DNA of 64,000 bases from Bdellovibrionota bacterium. Lineage in GTDB: Bacteria; Bdellovibrionota; UBA2394. The stretch covers positions 66,722 to 130,721 of the forward strand of contig JBILFF010000001.1 in NCBI GenBank assembly GCA_044351695.1, given 5' to 3'. The notes under the pieces were generated by a model. That model saw nothing but the letters and a program-made list of their open reading frames with translations. It was not told the origin of the DNA and did no database searches. Positions 10,076-22,963 of the stretch are shown in pieces (position 1 is the first letter of the stretch; each line of letters opens with the position of its first letter). The translations under genes and the position numbers were made by a program.

Positions 10076-10876
10076 TTATCGGGTCAGTTTTTGGCGTTGT
10101 CTTTTTTTGAGATTCTCGAGCAAAAAATGTGCCCTTAGATTTTTGGGGTCTTTTCGAATCATTTCTTCGAAAATCGCGGTTGCTTTTGCAACCTCTCCCG
10201 TCATTTCAAAGCAACTGGCTTTTTCAACCAGAATTCCAATTTCATCTCGCCCACAGTTTTTAGGAAACTGCATTTCTGCCAAATCAAAAACCTCTTTGCA
10301 CTTATCTTGAACCGAATAAACCTGAAGAAGATCTAACTGCAAGCTTCGCAACTCCTCGCAATTCTCTACCTTTCTCGCCATCTCGAGACTCTGACGAAAC
10401 CAATGGGAGGCTTGCTCATAATCGTTATTGGCCAAATAAACGCGGGCCAGCTCCTCACAAAACTCCAAAGTGAAGGGCCCAGCCTGAACCATGGGTGACA
10501 GGGCATCCAGAGCCCGCTCTGGATTCTCTAAATTAATTCTCCAAATCTTTGAGGCCATCAATCTCAAAGCTCGGATCTCTGCCTGATACTCAGAAACCTG
10601 CGAGTACTCTTCAAACAATCTTGAGAGGGCCGCCGTGGCTTCACGATACTCGTTAAGTTGCATCGCCGAAACCATCGCCAAGCCTTTGAGCGCTCGATAG
10701 CGAACGGCATCTCTTTCTTTTCGTTTTTCGAGAACTTGCAAATAGAGATACTTTGCAAGCTGGGCCTTTTGATCGAGAGCCTCACGATCCGCTTTCTCTA
10801 CCAGCCTCACATGATCCGGAGTGCAGGCTCCCAAGATCCAAAAAAAGCTGGCTACGACCAATGCTCTCGCAGTCAT
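10076..10876 (-). CDS. TPR-repeat lipoprotein
   Basis: Signal peptide with lipobox (LGAC), then multiple TPR-like helical repeats. Confidence 0.6.
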   Translation of the reverse strand: MTARALVVASFFWILGACTPDHVRLVEKADREALDQKAQLAKYLYLQVLEKRKERDAVRYRALKGLAMVSAMQLNEYREATAALSRLFEEYSQVSEYQAEIRALRLMASKIWRINLENPERALDALSPMVQAGPFTLEFCEELARVYLANNDYEQASHWFRQSLEMARKVENCEELRSLQLDLLQVYSVQDKCKEVFDLAEMQFPKNCGRDEIGILVEKASCFEMTGEVAKATAIFEEMIRKDPKNLRAHFLLENLKKRQRQKLTR

Positions 10877-10879
10877 TTT

Positions 10880-13321
10880 TTACTCCGCTGAGTCCTCATC
10901 TCCTGCCACACGAGCCACTGAAGAAACTTTTTCTCCGTCATCCAGGCTGATCAATCGCATGCCCTGAGTATTTCGTCCGATCACTGAAATCTCCTCTACT
11001 TTCATGCGAATCAGCTTTCCTCCGTCGGTGACGATCATGACTTCGACTTTGTCTTTCACTTGCAGAACAGCAACGACCGGACCATTTCGCTCTGAGGTTT
11101 TAATCGTGATCACCCCCTTACCGCCCCGACTTTGAACACGATATTCCTCAGCCTCTGTCCGCTTTCCATAGCCGAGTGAGCTCACACTTAAGAGCTTAGA
11201 GTCGCCTTCAATCACGTCCAAACTAACGACTCGATCATTCTTTTCGAGATCGATTCCTCTCACCCCGCGCGCTGATCTTCCCATGGGCCGGCAGTCTTCT
11301 TCAGAGAATCGGATACTCATTCCCTCCGCGGTACAAAGCAGCACATCGTCTTTACCGTTTGTAATTGTCGCACTCACCAATGAATCACCATCATCAAAAG
11401 AAATCGCGATGATTCCCGACGCTCGAACATTGGAGAATGCTTTCAGCTCGGTCTTTTTAACCGTGCCTTGCTCAGTGACCATGAAAACGAATCGACCTTC
11501 TTCTTCTAGGTTTTTAACAGGCAAAATAGAGCAGAGCTTCTCATCGGGCGCCATTTTGACGAGATTCACTAGGGGTCGTCCCTTCGCTGTTCTTCCCGCC
11601 TCTGGCACCTCATGTACCCTCAACCAAAGAAGGCGTCCCTTGTTCGTAAAGATCAACAGGTAAGAATGCGTCGATGCCACAAATAAGTGCTGAACAAAAT
11701 CATCTTCTTTGGTGGTCATGCCGATCTTGCCGCTGCCGCCTCGGCGCTGCGCACGGTAGGCAGAGGTTGGACTGCGCTTCACGTAACCCGCATGAGAAAT
11801 CGTAACCACGACCTCTTCTTCTTCAATCAGATCTTCGGCAACAAACTTTCCGATCTCAGGCAAGAGCTTGGTTCGTCGCTCATCACCAAATGAATCTCGA
11901 ATCGCTACAGACTCATCTCGAATCACTTTCATCAGTTTTTCTTTAGAGCTTAGCAACTCTTTGAGTCCCTGAATTTTGAGCGCCAGCTCTTTGAGTTCAG
12001 CACGAATCTTCTCGCGCTCAAGTCCCGTGAGTCTCTGGAGCCTCATCTCCAAAATGGCGTTAGCCTGCTCAATTGAAAAATCAAACCTTTTCACTAGCCC
12101 GGCTTTAGCTTCTTCAGCCGTCTGACTTTTTCGAATGAGCTCGATCACGGCATCAATTTTATCCAAGGCTTTTTCGTAGCCCTCAAGAATGTGTGCTCGT
12201 TGTTGGGCCTTTCGTAGCTCAAAAATGGATCGACGAATAACGACGTCTTTTCGATGGTCGATAAAATTCTTTAAAATCTCCGCCAGCGAAAAAACTTTAG
12301 GTCGCTTATTGGAAATAGCGAGATTAATAATTCCAAAATTCGATTGAAGTTGGGTGTGTTGATAAAGCTGATTGAGAACAATTTCAGCTTGAGCATCTTT
12401 TTTTAGCTCAACCACCACACGAATACCTTCGCGATTACTCTCGTCACGAAGATCGCTAATACCATCTACTTTTTTATCTCTAACCAAATTTGCGATTTCT
12501 TCGATCATCACCGACTTATTCACTTGGTAAGGGACTTCAGTAATGATGATGGCCTCGCGATTGCCGAGCTCTTCGACTTTCGCCACTCCACGCATGGTGA
12601 TCGAACCACGGCCCGTTTCGTACGCCTTGCGAATCCCAGAGGTACCACAAATGGTAGCTCCTGTGGGCAAGTCCGGACCCGGAATGATTTTAATGAGCTC
12701 GTCCAGACCCAAATCGGGCTGATCGATGAGAGCAATGACCGCGTTCATCACCTCTGTGAGATTGTGCGGCAACATATTGGTCGCCATTCCCACAGCGATT
12801 CCTGTGGTTCCGTTCACTAAGAGATTAGGAATGGGGCTCGGTAAAATAATTGGTTCTGTGGTCGCTCCATCAAAGTTTGGCTGAAAATCCACAGTTTCTT
12901 GATCGATCTCTGCTAAGAAAGTTTCGGCAATTTTTTGAAGTCGTGCTTCTGTGTAACGGTAAGCGGCTGCGCTATCGCCATCGATCGAACCAAAGTTTCC
13001 TTGGCCCTCAACCAAAACATATCTCATGTTCCAGTCTTGAGCCATTCGCACCATACTCTCGTAAACAGCAGAGTCTCCGTGGGGATGGTATTTTTTAAGC
13101 ACCTCTCCAACAACCCCAGCAGACTTGGCAAATCTTTTCGAGGAGAGCAGGCCCTCACGAAACATCGCGTAAAGTATTCGTCGGTGAACCGGTTTTAAGC
13201 CGTCTCGAATATCCGGGATCGCGCGTCCTATGATCACGCTCATCGCATAATCGAGATAAGAATTTCTCATCTCGTCTTCGATTGTGATGGGCGTTATTCC
13301 TGGCTTTAAATTTTCAGACAT
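10880..13321 (-). CDS. gyrA: DNA gyrase subunit A
   Basis: N-terminal …[28 protein letters not shown]… and C-terminal beta-pinwheel repeats. 813 aa. Confidence 0.95.
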   Translation of the reverse strand: MSENLKPGITPITIEDEMRNSYLDYAMSVIIGRAIPDIRDGLKPVHRRILYAMFREGLLSSKRFAKSAGVVGEVLKKYHPHGDSAVYESMVRMAQDWNMRYVLVEGQGNFGSIDGDSAAAYRYTEARLQKIAETFLAEIDQETVDFQPNFDGATTEPIILPSPIPNLLVNGTTGIAVGMATNMLPHNLTEVMNAVIALIDQPDLGLDELIKIIPGPDLPTGATICGTSGIRKAYETGRGSITMRGVAKVEELGNREAIIITEVPYQVNKSVMIEEIANLVRDKKVDGISDLRDESNREGIRVVVELKKDAQAEIVLNQLYQHTQLQSNFGIINLAISNKRPKVFSLAEILKNFIDHRKDVVIRRSIFELRKAQQRAHILEGYEKALDKIDAVIELIRKSQTAEEAKAGLVKRFDFSIEQANAILEMRLQRLTGLEREKIRAELKELALKIQGLKELLSSKEKLMKVIRDESVAIRDSFGDERRTKLLPEIGKFVAEDLIEEEEVVVTISHAGYVKRSPTSAYRAQRRGGSGKIGMTTKEDDFVQHLFVASTHSYLLIFTNKGRLLWLRVHEVPEAGRTAKGRPLVNLVKMAPDEKLCSILPVKNLEEEGRFVFMVTEQGTVKKTELKAFSNVRASGIIAISFDDGDSLVSATITNGKDDVLLCTAEGMSIRFSEEDCRPMGRSARGVRGIDLEKNDRVVSLDVIEGDSKLLSVSSLGYGKRTEAEEYRVQSRGGKGVITIKTSERNGPVVAVLQVKDKVEVMIVTDGGKLIRMKVEEISVIGRNTQGMRLISLDDGEKVSSVARVAGDEDSAE

Positions 13322-13353
13322 AAATCACCGTCTCTCTTAAAATTCTATCGGAC

Positions 13354-15738
<2,385 letters not shown>

Positions 15739-15762
15739 CTAGAGCGAAGATTAGCCTGAGGC

Positions 15763-16908
15763 TTAGGAGAGAAGCAAGCCAGCATCCGCCGCTAATTCGG
15801 CATTTATACGGCTTTTTGGAGCATTTGAACTGAGTTCATACGACTGAAAATTAGCAAAGTTTTCCCTCAAATTTTCAATCTTAGTTTTCTCAACAGTGGT
15901 TAAAAACATCTGGCCTGGATAGTGGCTGAGGTAACTTAAAAGCGCCCGTACTCGATCCTCATCAAGCTCTGAAATAATATCATCTAAGAGAAGCAGAGGG
16001 GCTACTTTTTGTGCTTCTCGAGTTAGCTCCAACTGGGCCACTTTTAAGGCAATCACAAGGCTGCGGCACTGGCCCTGACTGGCAAAAGAGCGACTAGCAA
16101 GCCCGTTGATTTTGATCTCCAGATCATCGCGATGCGGCCCAATCAGAGAGTAGCCCACTGCGATTTCAGCTATCCGACGAGACTGAAGGCGCTTTAAAAA
16201 TTCTTCGGCACTGGGAATTTGATCGTTAAATTGGTTTAGGTAATGAAGGCTCAGCTCTTCAGCGACCCCAAAAAGACGATTGTAGATGCGGGGCAGAACC
16301 GGTGACAATTTACTCACCACGGATTCACGAATTTCATACACTCGTATCGCCTCTCGAATAAAAGCTTCATCCCATAAATCAAGTGACGACTGCGAGTGAC
16401 CCTCTTGAAGTTGCTTAAGGAGCCGATTTCGCTGCGTCAGTGTCTTTGCGAATTGGGCGAAGATTGTCGCTATTGAAGGATCTATGTTGATGGCTAAATC
16501 ATCTAAAAAATCGCGCCTTTCGTCCGGCCCGGCTTTAATTAGGCTTAAGTCATCGGGACTAAAAGACACGCTTGTACCTAAAAACTCATATCGTGATCGA
16601 TGATTAATCGCCTTTCCGTCGATCTGTACCCGCTTTCGCTTTTGATCAAAGCCAAACAAAATTTTTGTTGGATAGGGCTTTGTCAGTTCACATGAAATCG
16701 AGGCTTCTTGCTGACCGTAAAGAATCAAATCCTGATTCTTTGAGCTTCTAAAGCTTTTAAATTGAGTAATTAAATAAAGTGATTCGAGGATTGAAGTTTT
16801 ACCCTGTGCATTATGACCAACAATCACATTGAGTTGCGGGCCAAATCCCATGACTTCAAAGAAGCTAAACTTTCGAAACTGAATCAGCTTAAGGGAGTGA
16901 ACTTGAAT
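15763..16908 (-). CDS. recF: DNA replication/repair protein RecF. Proposed AUU start at 16908; the first canonical ATG is at 16851
   Basis: Walker A GHNAQGKTS and the conserved RecF body. The conserved N-terminal beta-strands (IQVHSLKLIQFRKFSFFEV) are encoded in frame upstream of the first ATG, directly after the dnaN stop. Confidence 0.8.
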   Translation of the reverse strand: MQVHSLKLIQFRKFSFFEVMGFGPQLNVIVGHNAQGKTSILESLYLITQFKSFRSSKNQDLILYGQQEASISCELTKPYPTKILFGFDQKRKRVQIDGKAINHRSRYEFLGTSVSFSPDDLSLIKAGPDERRDFLDDLAINIDPSIATIFAQFAKTLTQRNRLLKQLQEGHSQSSLDLWDEAFIREAIRVYEIRESVVSKLSPVLPRIYNRLFGVAEELSLHYLNQFNDQIPSAEEFLKRLQSRRIAEIAVGYSLIGPHRDDLEIKINGLASRSFASQGQCRSLVIALKVAQLELTREAQKVAPLLLLDDIISELDEDRVRALLSYLSHYPGQMFLTTVEKTKIENLRENFANFQSYELSSNAPKSRINAELAADAGLLLS

Positions 16909-16920
16909 ATGCCACCCACT

Positions 16921-18081
16921 TTAATTGGCTTCGCTACCCAATTGCATGGGCATCACAATATTGAGTGAGCCGTCGCTCTTCATTCCTTTAATAAGACTGG
17001 GAGAAAGAACATCGCTCAGTTCAATCACCACATTCTCTTGGTTGTTCATCGCATTCAAAATATCGATAAAGTATCCGGCATTAAAACCGATTTCGATATC
17101 ACTGCCTTGATAATCAATATCTAGATCTTCTTTCGCTTCTCCCAACTTAGGATTGCTTGAAGATAAATGCAGTCGTCCATTCTTCAGTTCAAATCTCACC
17201 GAGCGCGAATGCTCCATCGATAAGACTGAAATTCTTTTTAGAGAATTGAGCAGCTGCTCTCTCTTGATGATTACCCTCTTATCGTTGCTGTCTGGAATGA
17301 CGGGTGTGTAATCAGGAAACTCACCATCCAAGAGACGCATAAATAACTGAATCTGTTGGTTATCTGTCCAAAAAACTGCGTTTGAATTCATCAAACAACA
17401 ATAAAAAGAATCTTCTTCACTCAAAAGACGGCGAAGTTCTGAGAGCCCTTTACGAGGTAAAATGACTCCCTTTTCAAGATCTACTTCGCCTCCGGCCTCA
17501 ACCATTTGATCCATCATCGATAGACGATGCCCATCGGTAGCCACCATTCGAAGATAGTCTTTTCCTTTTTCTTTGAGTCGCTCTAAAAATACGCCGCTCA
17601 AATCATAACGACTTTGATCGTTTGAAACCGCAAAGATCGTATGATCAATCATTTGAGCAAATTGGGATGATGTCAGTTTGAAGGATTTCTCAGAATCGAT
17701 TTGTGGAAGCTGAGGAAACTCATCTGCATCTTGGCCAACTAATTTAAAGACACTCTTGCCCGAGATCAGCTCGATCCAAAAATTATCAAAAATATGAAAC
17801 TGACATTCGCTATCAAGAGGAAGCTCTCGAACTATTTCATAAAGACTTTTTGCAGGCACAGCCACTTTACCAGCTTTACTCACCTTCGCCGGAAAGCTAA
17901 GGCGCAGCCCGACTTCTAAATCTGTGGCACTAAAGATCACGCGATCTTCACCGGCTTCTATGAGTAAATGGCTCAGAATCGGAATCGTATTCTTTTTGTC
18001 CACGACAGACTGAACCCTTTGCAAAGCTTTCAACAAGCTTTCTCGTCCAATCTCAAAGCCGGCTTTTTGATGGCTCTTCAT
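16921..18081 (-). CDS. dnaN: DNA polymerase III beta sliding clamp
   Basis: Three-domain beta-clamp. Classical dnaA-dnaN-recF-gyrB order. Confidence 0.9.
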   Translation of the reverse strand: MKSHQKAGFEIGRESLLKALQRVQSVVDKKNTIPILSHLLIEAGEDRVIFSATDLEVGLRLSFPAKVSKAGKVAVPAKSLYEIVRELPLDSECQFHIFDNFWIELISGKSVFKLVGQDADEFPQLPQIDSEKSFKLTSSQFAQMIDHTIFAVSNDQSRYDLSGVFLERLKEKGKDYLRMVATDGHRLSMMDQMVEAGGEVDLEKGVILPRKGLSELRRLLSEEDSFYCCLMNSNAVFWTDNQQIQLFMRLLDGEFPDYTPVIPDSNDKRVIIKREQLLNSLKRISVLSMEHSRSVRFELKNGRLHLSSSNPKLGEAKEDLDIDYQGSDIEIGFNAGYFIDILNAMNNQENVVIELSDVLSPSLIKGMKSDGSLNIVMPMQLGSEAN

Positions 18082-18150
18082 ATTGATAGGCTCTAGGAAT
18101 ATGTTTCTGTAAACCCTTTGTAAATTCGTTTTTGATGGGCCTAAAAGATT

Positions 18151-18226
18151 TGGTGGACCGGATCGGGGTCGAACCGACGACCTCTACAATGCCATTGTAG
18201 CGCTCTACCAACTGAGCTACCGGCCC
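18151..18226 (-). tRNA. tRNA-Ala(GGC), CCA encoded
   Basis: Cloverleaf folded by hand: acceptor GGGCCGG/CCGGTCC with the G3:U70 Ala identity pair, anticodon loop AT-GGC-AT, T-loop TTCGACC, 3' CCA. Confidence 0.85.
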
Positions 18227-18834
18227 ACTGAAAGACTCTTCTTCTTACGTGAAAGATTTTCAGATCTCAAATGAGATTCGCTCTGACGCTGTGCGTAATT
18301 ATGCACAAGCTCGCCAGATTCTACTAAGAGGGGCCTTTTAGTTTTAATTTTTTCTAATAGTAGTCGTAGTAGGTACCCCACTTCCCTGTGGAAATGTACT
18401 AACATACTGTAATTATTGACTAATTTATTCACAGCGCCTGTGGAGATTTTATACACAATTTTGGATTTTCAAAAATTTATCCACAATTTCTAAAAATCTC
18501 ACACAGAATTCACAGGCTACACACAGGAGTTATGCACAGGTCTGACAATTTCATGCACAGCTGTGCATAAATACCTGTGCATAAGTCTCTTTTTCCTTCA
18601 TTTATGCACAGCTTTGTCTTCTTGCGGCGCGAGAGCCTGTGCATAACTCCTAATAAATTAAAAAAAATGAGTAATTTCAATAGGATATTATCCACAGGCC
18701 TGTGCATAAATCTGTGCATAAAGTGTGCATAACTGCCAAAATCTGTGCATAAATAATGACAAGCTTTGCTGAGACCAGCAAAAGTGACGACTATAAGTCA
18801 CCTTTAAAAATTGAAAGATTAAAAAAAATAGAAC
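18227..18834. promoter_or_regulatory. Chromosomal origin of replication (oriC) with DnaA-box cluster and AT-rich unwinding element
   Basis: At least 14 copies of TTAT(C/G/A)CACA or TGTGCATAA. Starts: 18299, 18425, 18449, 18477, 18530, 18562, 18576, 18602, 18638, 18688, 18701, 18713, 18724, 18744. AT-rich stretch about 18650-18690. Lies between dnaA and dnaN. Confidence 0.85.
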
Positions 18835-20358
18835 TTAAACGCCTAGATCTCGAATCTGAGTTTCAATTCGACCGAGAGATTCTTTCAGAAAAGGATCCGA
18901 ATCTTGCAATCGTCCAATTCGTCGAACGGCATGCAGAACCGTCGTGTGATTCTTCCCACCAAATAGGGTTCCAATATCGGGCAATGAGAGATTGGTGTAC
19001 TTGCGACACAAAAACATCGCTAACTGTCTGGGAGTAGCGAGTTCACGGGTCTTCTTTTCACCCTTCAGATCGCCGATGCTCAAGCGGTACTGACGAGCGA
19101 CCAGCTTCATGATCTCTTCAGGATCACGAAATACTGGAGAGCCGTCTTGCGACTCCGGTTTTAAAACATTTTTGGCTAATTCTACAGTGATCTCTGATCC
19201 TGAGAGCGAGGCGAAGGCACTCAATTTTAAAAGAGCTCCCTCAAGCTCTCGAATGTTGGACCGATACATTTTAGCTAGAAGAAAAGCCACATCCTCGGAC
19301 AAATTGATTCCATCGGATTCTGCTTTCTTAAAAATAATCGCTACACGAGTCTCCATTTCGGGAGGCTGAATATCCACCAACAATCCCATCTCAAAACGAC
19401 TACGCATACGGTCCTCAAGGCCTTCGATGTCTTTCGGGGGTCGGTCGGAGGAGAGAACAATCTGTTTTTGATGTTCGTAGAGGGCATTAAAGGTATGAAA
19501 AAACTCTTCTTGGGTTCGCTCTTTGCCCTTCACAAATTGAATATCGTCGATAATCAAAACGTCGCAGTTTTTACGATATCGATCTCTAAATTCTTCCATT
19601 TTCTCGAAGCGAATGCTTTCGATCATGTGATTGGTGAACTTTTCAAAGGTCGTATAATGCACGCGCAAAGAGGGGTATCGCTCTTGGATTTTAAGACCAA
19701 TCGCATTTAAGAGATGTGTCTTACCGAGACCAACATCTCCATAGATAAAAAGCGGATTGTAATGTTTACCCGGGGCTTCAGTGACCGTGTAAGCCGCTGC
19801 GTGAGCAAATTGATTACTGGCACCGACCACAAAAGTTTCGAAACCATACTTAGTGTTGAGCACTGTTTCAGAAGAAAGAGTGGAGGGTCCCGTCTTTGAT
19901 GGTCCCGTTGGAGGAACAGCGGACACATTTTTTTTGAGAGTCTGAGCCGAAACCGCCGTGCTTGGTCGAGCCACAGCTCTACCGGGGCTAGAAACCCGCT
20001 TTTGTTCAATCGAGAACTCCAAACGATATTTGGCATTTGAGGCCAAACTAAACTGCTCTTCAATTAAGCCTGAATAGTGGTCGTAGACCCAGTCTCTTGA
20101 AAAACCATTAGGAAATCCTAAAACTAAGGTGTTTTCTTTAGCGCCGAGAAGTCGAATGGTAAGGATAAACGATTGAAAATATTGAGGTCTTACAACTGAC
20201 TCGATCGCCTTGAGGGTCCGATCCCAAGCGACCGCCATGTCCTCTGGGACATTTGATTCCTCGCCTTGATTCTCCTCCTCAGTTCTCATATACCTCACAT
20301 CGATCTTTGGGATACCACCTCGGTGGATCTGCAGTAGGTAGTAACTTGTACTCAGCAT
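18835..20358 (-). CDS. dnaA: Chromosomal replication initiator DnaA. Likely start at an internal Met, about 20238 or 20289
   Basis: AAA+ Walker A GDVGLGKTHLL, sensor motifs, and the C-terminal DnaA-box-binding helix-turn-helix (…ATPRQLAMFLCRKYTNLSLPDIGTLFGGKNHTTVLHAVRRI…). Confidence 0.95.
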   Translation of the reverse strand: MLSTSYYLLQIHRGGIPKIDVRYMRTEEENQGEESNVPEDMAVAWDRTLKAIESVVRPQYFQSFILTIRLLGAKENTLVLGFPNGFSRDWVYDHYSGLIEEQFSLASNAKYRLEFSIEQKRVSSPGRAVARPSTAVSAQTLKKNVSAVPPTGPSKTGPSTLSSETVLNTKYGFETFVVGASNQFAHAAAYTVTEAPGKHYNPLFIYGDVGLGKTHLLNAIGLKIQERYPSLRVHYTTFEKFTNHMIESIRFEKMEEFRDRYRKNCDVLIIDDIQFVKGKERTQEEFFHTFNALYEHQKQIVLSSDRPPKDIEGLEDRMRSRFEMGLLVDIQPPEMETRVAIIFKKAESDGINLSEDVAFLLAKMYRSNIRELEGALLKLSAFASLSGSEITVELAKNVLKPESQDGSPVFRDPEEIMKLVARQYRLSIGDLKGEKKTRELATPRQLAMFLCRKYTNLSLPDIGTLFGGKNHTTVLHAVRRIGRLQDSDPFLKESLGRIETQIRDLGV

Positions 20359-20427
20359 TGATCGTCAAAGCTTTTTTCGAGGCAAGCCCTTGACTTGGTT
20401 TTCGATGTTATTGAGATTGGAGAGCTT

Positions 20428-20577
20428 ATGAAAAGAACCTTTCAACCCAGCAAGATTCGGCGAAAGCGATCGCACGGTTTTTTGACTAGAATGGCTACAC
20501 CAGGTGGTCGTCGTATTTTATCAAACCGTCGAGCAAAGGGCCGTGCACGCCTTATCCCCACAGTCTACGAAAAGTAA
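20428..20577 (+). CDS. rpmH: 50S ribosomal protein L34
   Basis: [42 protein letters not shown] matches L34 almost residue for residue. Confidence 0.9.
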   Translation: MKRTFQPSKIRRKRSHGFLTRMATPGGRRILSNRRAKGRARLIPTVYEK

Positions 20578-20959
20578 GCCTCAGACGCTTTCTTACCCGA
20601 AAGCACTTAGGCTGAAATCTCGAGCAGATTTTTTATCTGTATTTGCTGATTCTCGGTCCGAGAACGGAAGGATTTTTCGCGGCCAGATTTTTAGCTTTTT
20701 TGTATCGAGAGCAAAAAAATTGGCCGATCATCCGAAATTCGGAATTAGTGTTTCTAAAAAAAATCTTCGTAAGGCTCATGATCGAAATCAACTAAAACGC
20801 TGGCTTCGAGAGTGGTTTCGACATCATCAACATGAACTGAACGTTTCTTGTGTGGTTCGATGGGATGGTAAGCGAGAGGATCTGAGTCGAGAACAGATCT
20901 TGAAAGAGCTTGAGAGATTTTTGAATAAGCAAAAATCATGGGCCAACAAATTCTCTTAA
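20504..20959 (+). CDS. rnpA: RNase P protein component. The GTG start overlaps rpmH by about 74 nt
   Basis: RnpA motif …[23 protein letters not shown]…. No in-frame canonical start lies downstream of the rpmH stop. Confidence 0.8.
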   Translation: MVVVFYQTVEQRAVHALSPQSTKSKPQTLSYPKALRLKSRADFLSVFADSRSENGRIFRGQIFSFFVSRAKKLADHPKFGISVSKKNLRKAHDRNQLKRWLREWFRHHQHELNVSCVVRWDGKREDLSREQILKELERFLNKQKSWANKFS

Positions 20960-21213
20960 TCCTCTACAAAGCCCTGCTGCCCATCAATCTGGTTATTCAT
21001 CATTTTTGTCATTTTTTTGGGATTCGACTGGTCTGCAAGTTCTCGAGATCTTGCTCGCAATTTACTCTCGAAGAGTTGAGGGCCGCGGGTGTCACGTCAA
21101 AAAATCGTCAGTCTTTGTTGCGAAGTCTCAGTCGTATCGTGCTAAGACTGATCGCTTGCTCGCCGCTCTTTGGGTGTTTTGAAAAAGCGGGCATTGTAAA
21201 AAATTTATACTGA
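20938..21213 (+). CDS. yidD: Membrane protein insertion efficiency factor YidD
   Basis: CxFxPSCSQ(F/Y) motif. Position between rnpA and yidC. Confidence 0.7.
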   Translation: MGQQILLILYKALLPINLVIHHFCHFFGIRLVCKFSRSCSQFTLEELRAAGVTSKNRQSLLRSLSRIVLRLIACSPLFGCFEKAGIVKNLY

Positions 21214-21301
21214 GCTGTTTGTTTTCGTTGCATGCCACACCGGGCTGACATCGAGAGTCGTCAGAAGAAGTAGGTATAAACAAATTTAGTTGAGGTGATT
21301 T

Positions 21302-22963
21302 TTGGACTGGAAGACTTTTTTAGCAATCGCACTAATGATGGTCGTTTACTTTTTGACCTTTCCACCCACACCCCCGCCCGCCCCCGCTCCGGCGGTGAAT
21401 GCAGTAACGCAAAGCGGCGGGCGCGATGCGTTAACTACAACTTCTGCTGCAGCCTCTCGAAAACCTGTTGCCGAGCTTAAAGTAGACCATCAACTCAAGC
21501 AGCTCGCCGATTGGAGATCGGAGCGAAAGTTTTTTGAAACAAAAGATCTTAAGGTCGAGATGAATGGGCTGGGAGAGGTCACAGGGGTTGGGTTTCTGAA
21601 GTATCCTCAAGAGCCCAAAGCGAAAGAAGTGGTGGGCCGAGAGTTCGCCGCTGCAAAAAATTTGAATCGAAGCACTTTAAGAGTGGGAGCTGAGGAAGTT
21701 GTTTGGACAAAACAGGAGTGGGGTTCAAACGAGCTTAGGCTCTTTGCTCAGAGAGAGGGTGTAGAGATTCAAAGGCGTGTTTGGCTTGAAGAGGGCGACT
21801 ACTTTTTGAGAATTAGCGACACTGTTCAAAATAACAGCGCTCAAAGCTTAGAGGCGGCGGTTGAATTAAGCCTTGGAGAGTCGATTGATCCGAAAAAGCA
21901 AAGCGGATTTTGGATGAGGCTCTTCAAGCCCCAAACGGACTTTCAAAAGTCGGCCTGGGTAAAAAAAGACTCTCTCGACTATCAGATGTTTGACCAATCG
22001 GGTCGCCTGGAGGTCGAGGAGGCAGCCGCCCTAAGCTGGTCGGGTTTTGCAGATAAGTATTTTCTTTATGCAGCCTTTCCCAAAAACATGTCTTTTGAAA
22101 GTCTGGAGGCTGTACGCGAGGGCAATACCGTTCAACAGAAGATGAAGTGGTCGTCTAAGCAAAGCCCCCCAGGCGAGAGGCTGAGCTTAGATTATGCGAT
22201 CTATATGGGCCCAAAAAAAATCAGCGATCTTGAAAAGCTAAGCCCCAGCCTGAGTCTCTCAATTGAATACGGCAACTGGGTGGGACCTATTGCCCGCTTT
22301 CTTTTGAGTGTTCTTATGTTCTTTCAGGGACTGGTGAGTAATTTTGGCGTCGCTATTTTCTTGCTAACCCTGATTGTGAAGGTCGTTCTCTTTCCTTTGT
22401 CTTATAAAGCGGCTGTCTCAATGCGAAAGCTCTCCCTCATTCAACCCAAGATGATTGAGATTCGAGAAAAGTATAAAAAAGACCCCCATCGAATGAACTC
22501 AGAGATGATGAGTCTTTATAAAACAGAGAAAGTGAACCCTGTGGGTGGTTGCTTGCCCATGCTTCTTCAGATGCCGATCTTTTTTGCGCTCTATAGAGTG
22601 TTCTTTGCTTCTATTGAAATGAGGCACGCTCCTTTTGTGGGTTGGATCAACGATCTCTCTCACTACGACCCCTTCTTTGTTCTTCCGGTGAGCATGACAA
22701 TTCTCATGGTTCTTCAGCAGAAGCTCACTCCTATGCCTGAAACGGGCCAGGATTCAGAGGCTGTGAGGATACAAAAAGCCATGTTTAAGTGGATGCCCTG
22801 GTTTTTTGGCGCCATCATGCTTTTTCTGCCTGCCGGACTCTCCTTTTATATGTTTGTGAATGCTGGAATTTCGATTGCCCAGCAGCTTTTCATCAACAAA
22901 CGGATGGATAAGCTCTATCCACGAAATACAGCTCCCAAGCTTCAAGTTGTGAATGGTGGATAA
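21302..22963 (+). CDS. yidC: Membrane protein insertase YidC
   Basis: N-terminal TM, large periplasmic domain, C-terminal 5-TM core with conserved …MYKTEKVNPVGGCLPMLLQMPIFFALY…. Confidence 0.9.
   Translation: MDWKTFLAIALMMVVYFLTFPPTPPPAPAPAVNAVTQSGGRDALTTTSAAASRKPVAELKVDHQLKQLADWRSERKFFETKDLKVEMNGLGEVTGVGFLKYPQEPKAKEVVGREFAAAKNLNRSTLRVGAEEVVWTKQEWGSNELRLFAQREGVEIQRRVWLEEGDYFLRISDTVQNNSAQSLEAAVELSLGESIDPKKQSGFWMRLFKPQTDFQKSAWVKKDSLDYQMFDQSGRLEVEEAAALSWSGFADKYFLYAAFPKNMSFESLEAVREGNTVQQKMKWSSKQSPPGERLSLDYAIYMGPKKISDLEKLSPSLSLSIEYGNWVGPIARFLLSVLMFFQGLVSNFGVAIFLLTLIVKVVLFPLSYKAAVSMRKLSLIQPKMIEIREKYKKDPHRMNSEMMSLYKTEKVNPVGGCLPMLLQMPIFFALYRVFFASIEMRHAPFVGWINDLSHYDPFFVLPVSMTILMVLQQKLTPMPETGQDSEAVRIQKAMFKWMPWFFGAIMLFLPAGLSFYMFVNAGISIAQQLFINKRMDKLYPRNTAPKLQVVNGG

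Noticed and set aside
10059-10310. 83-aa plus-strand ORF at the hemL/TPR junction
   Set aside because: It is antisense to the TPR lipoprotein gene and hydrophobic low-complexity. It is not supported.
18217-18719. ORFs of 79 and 69 aa (18217-18456 and 18510-18719, minus strand) lying in the dnaN-dnaA intergenic region
   Set aside because: They lie entirely within the DnaA-box array and AT-rich unwinding element of oriC. Their codon composition is driven by the repeated TGTGCATAA boxes. They are not genes.
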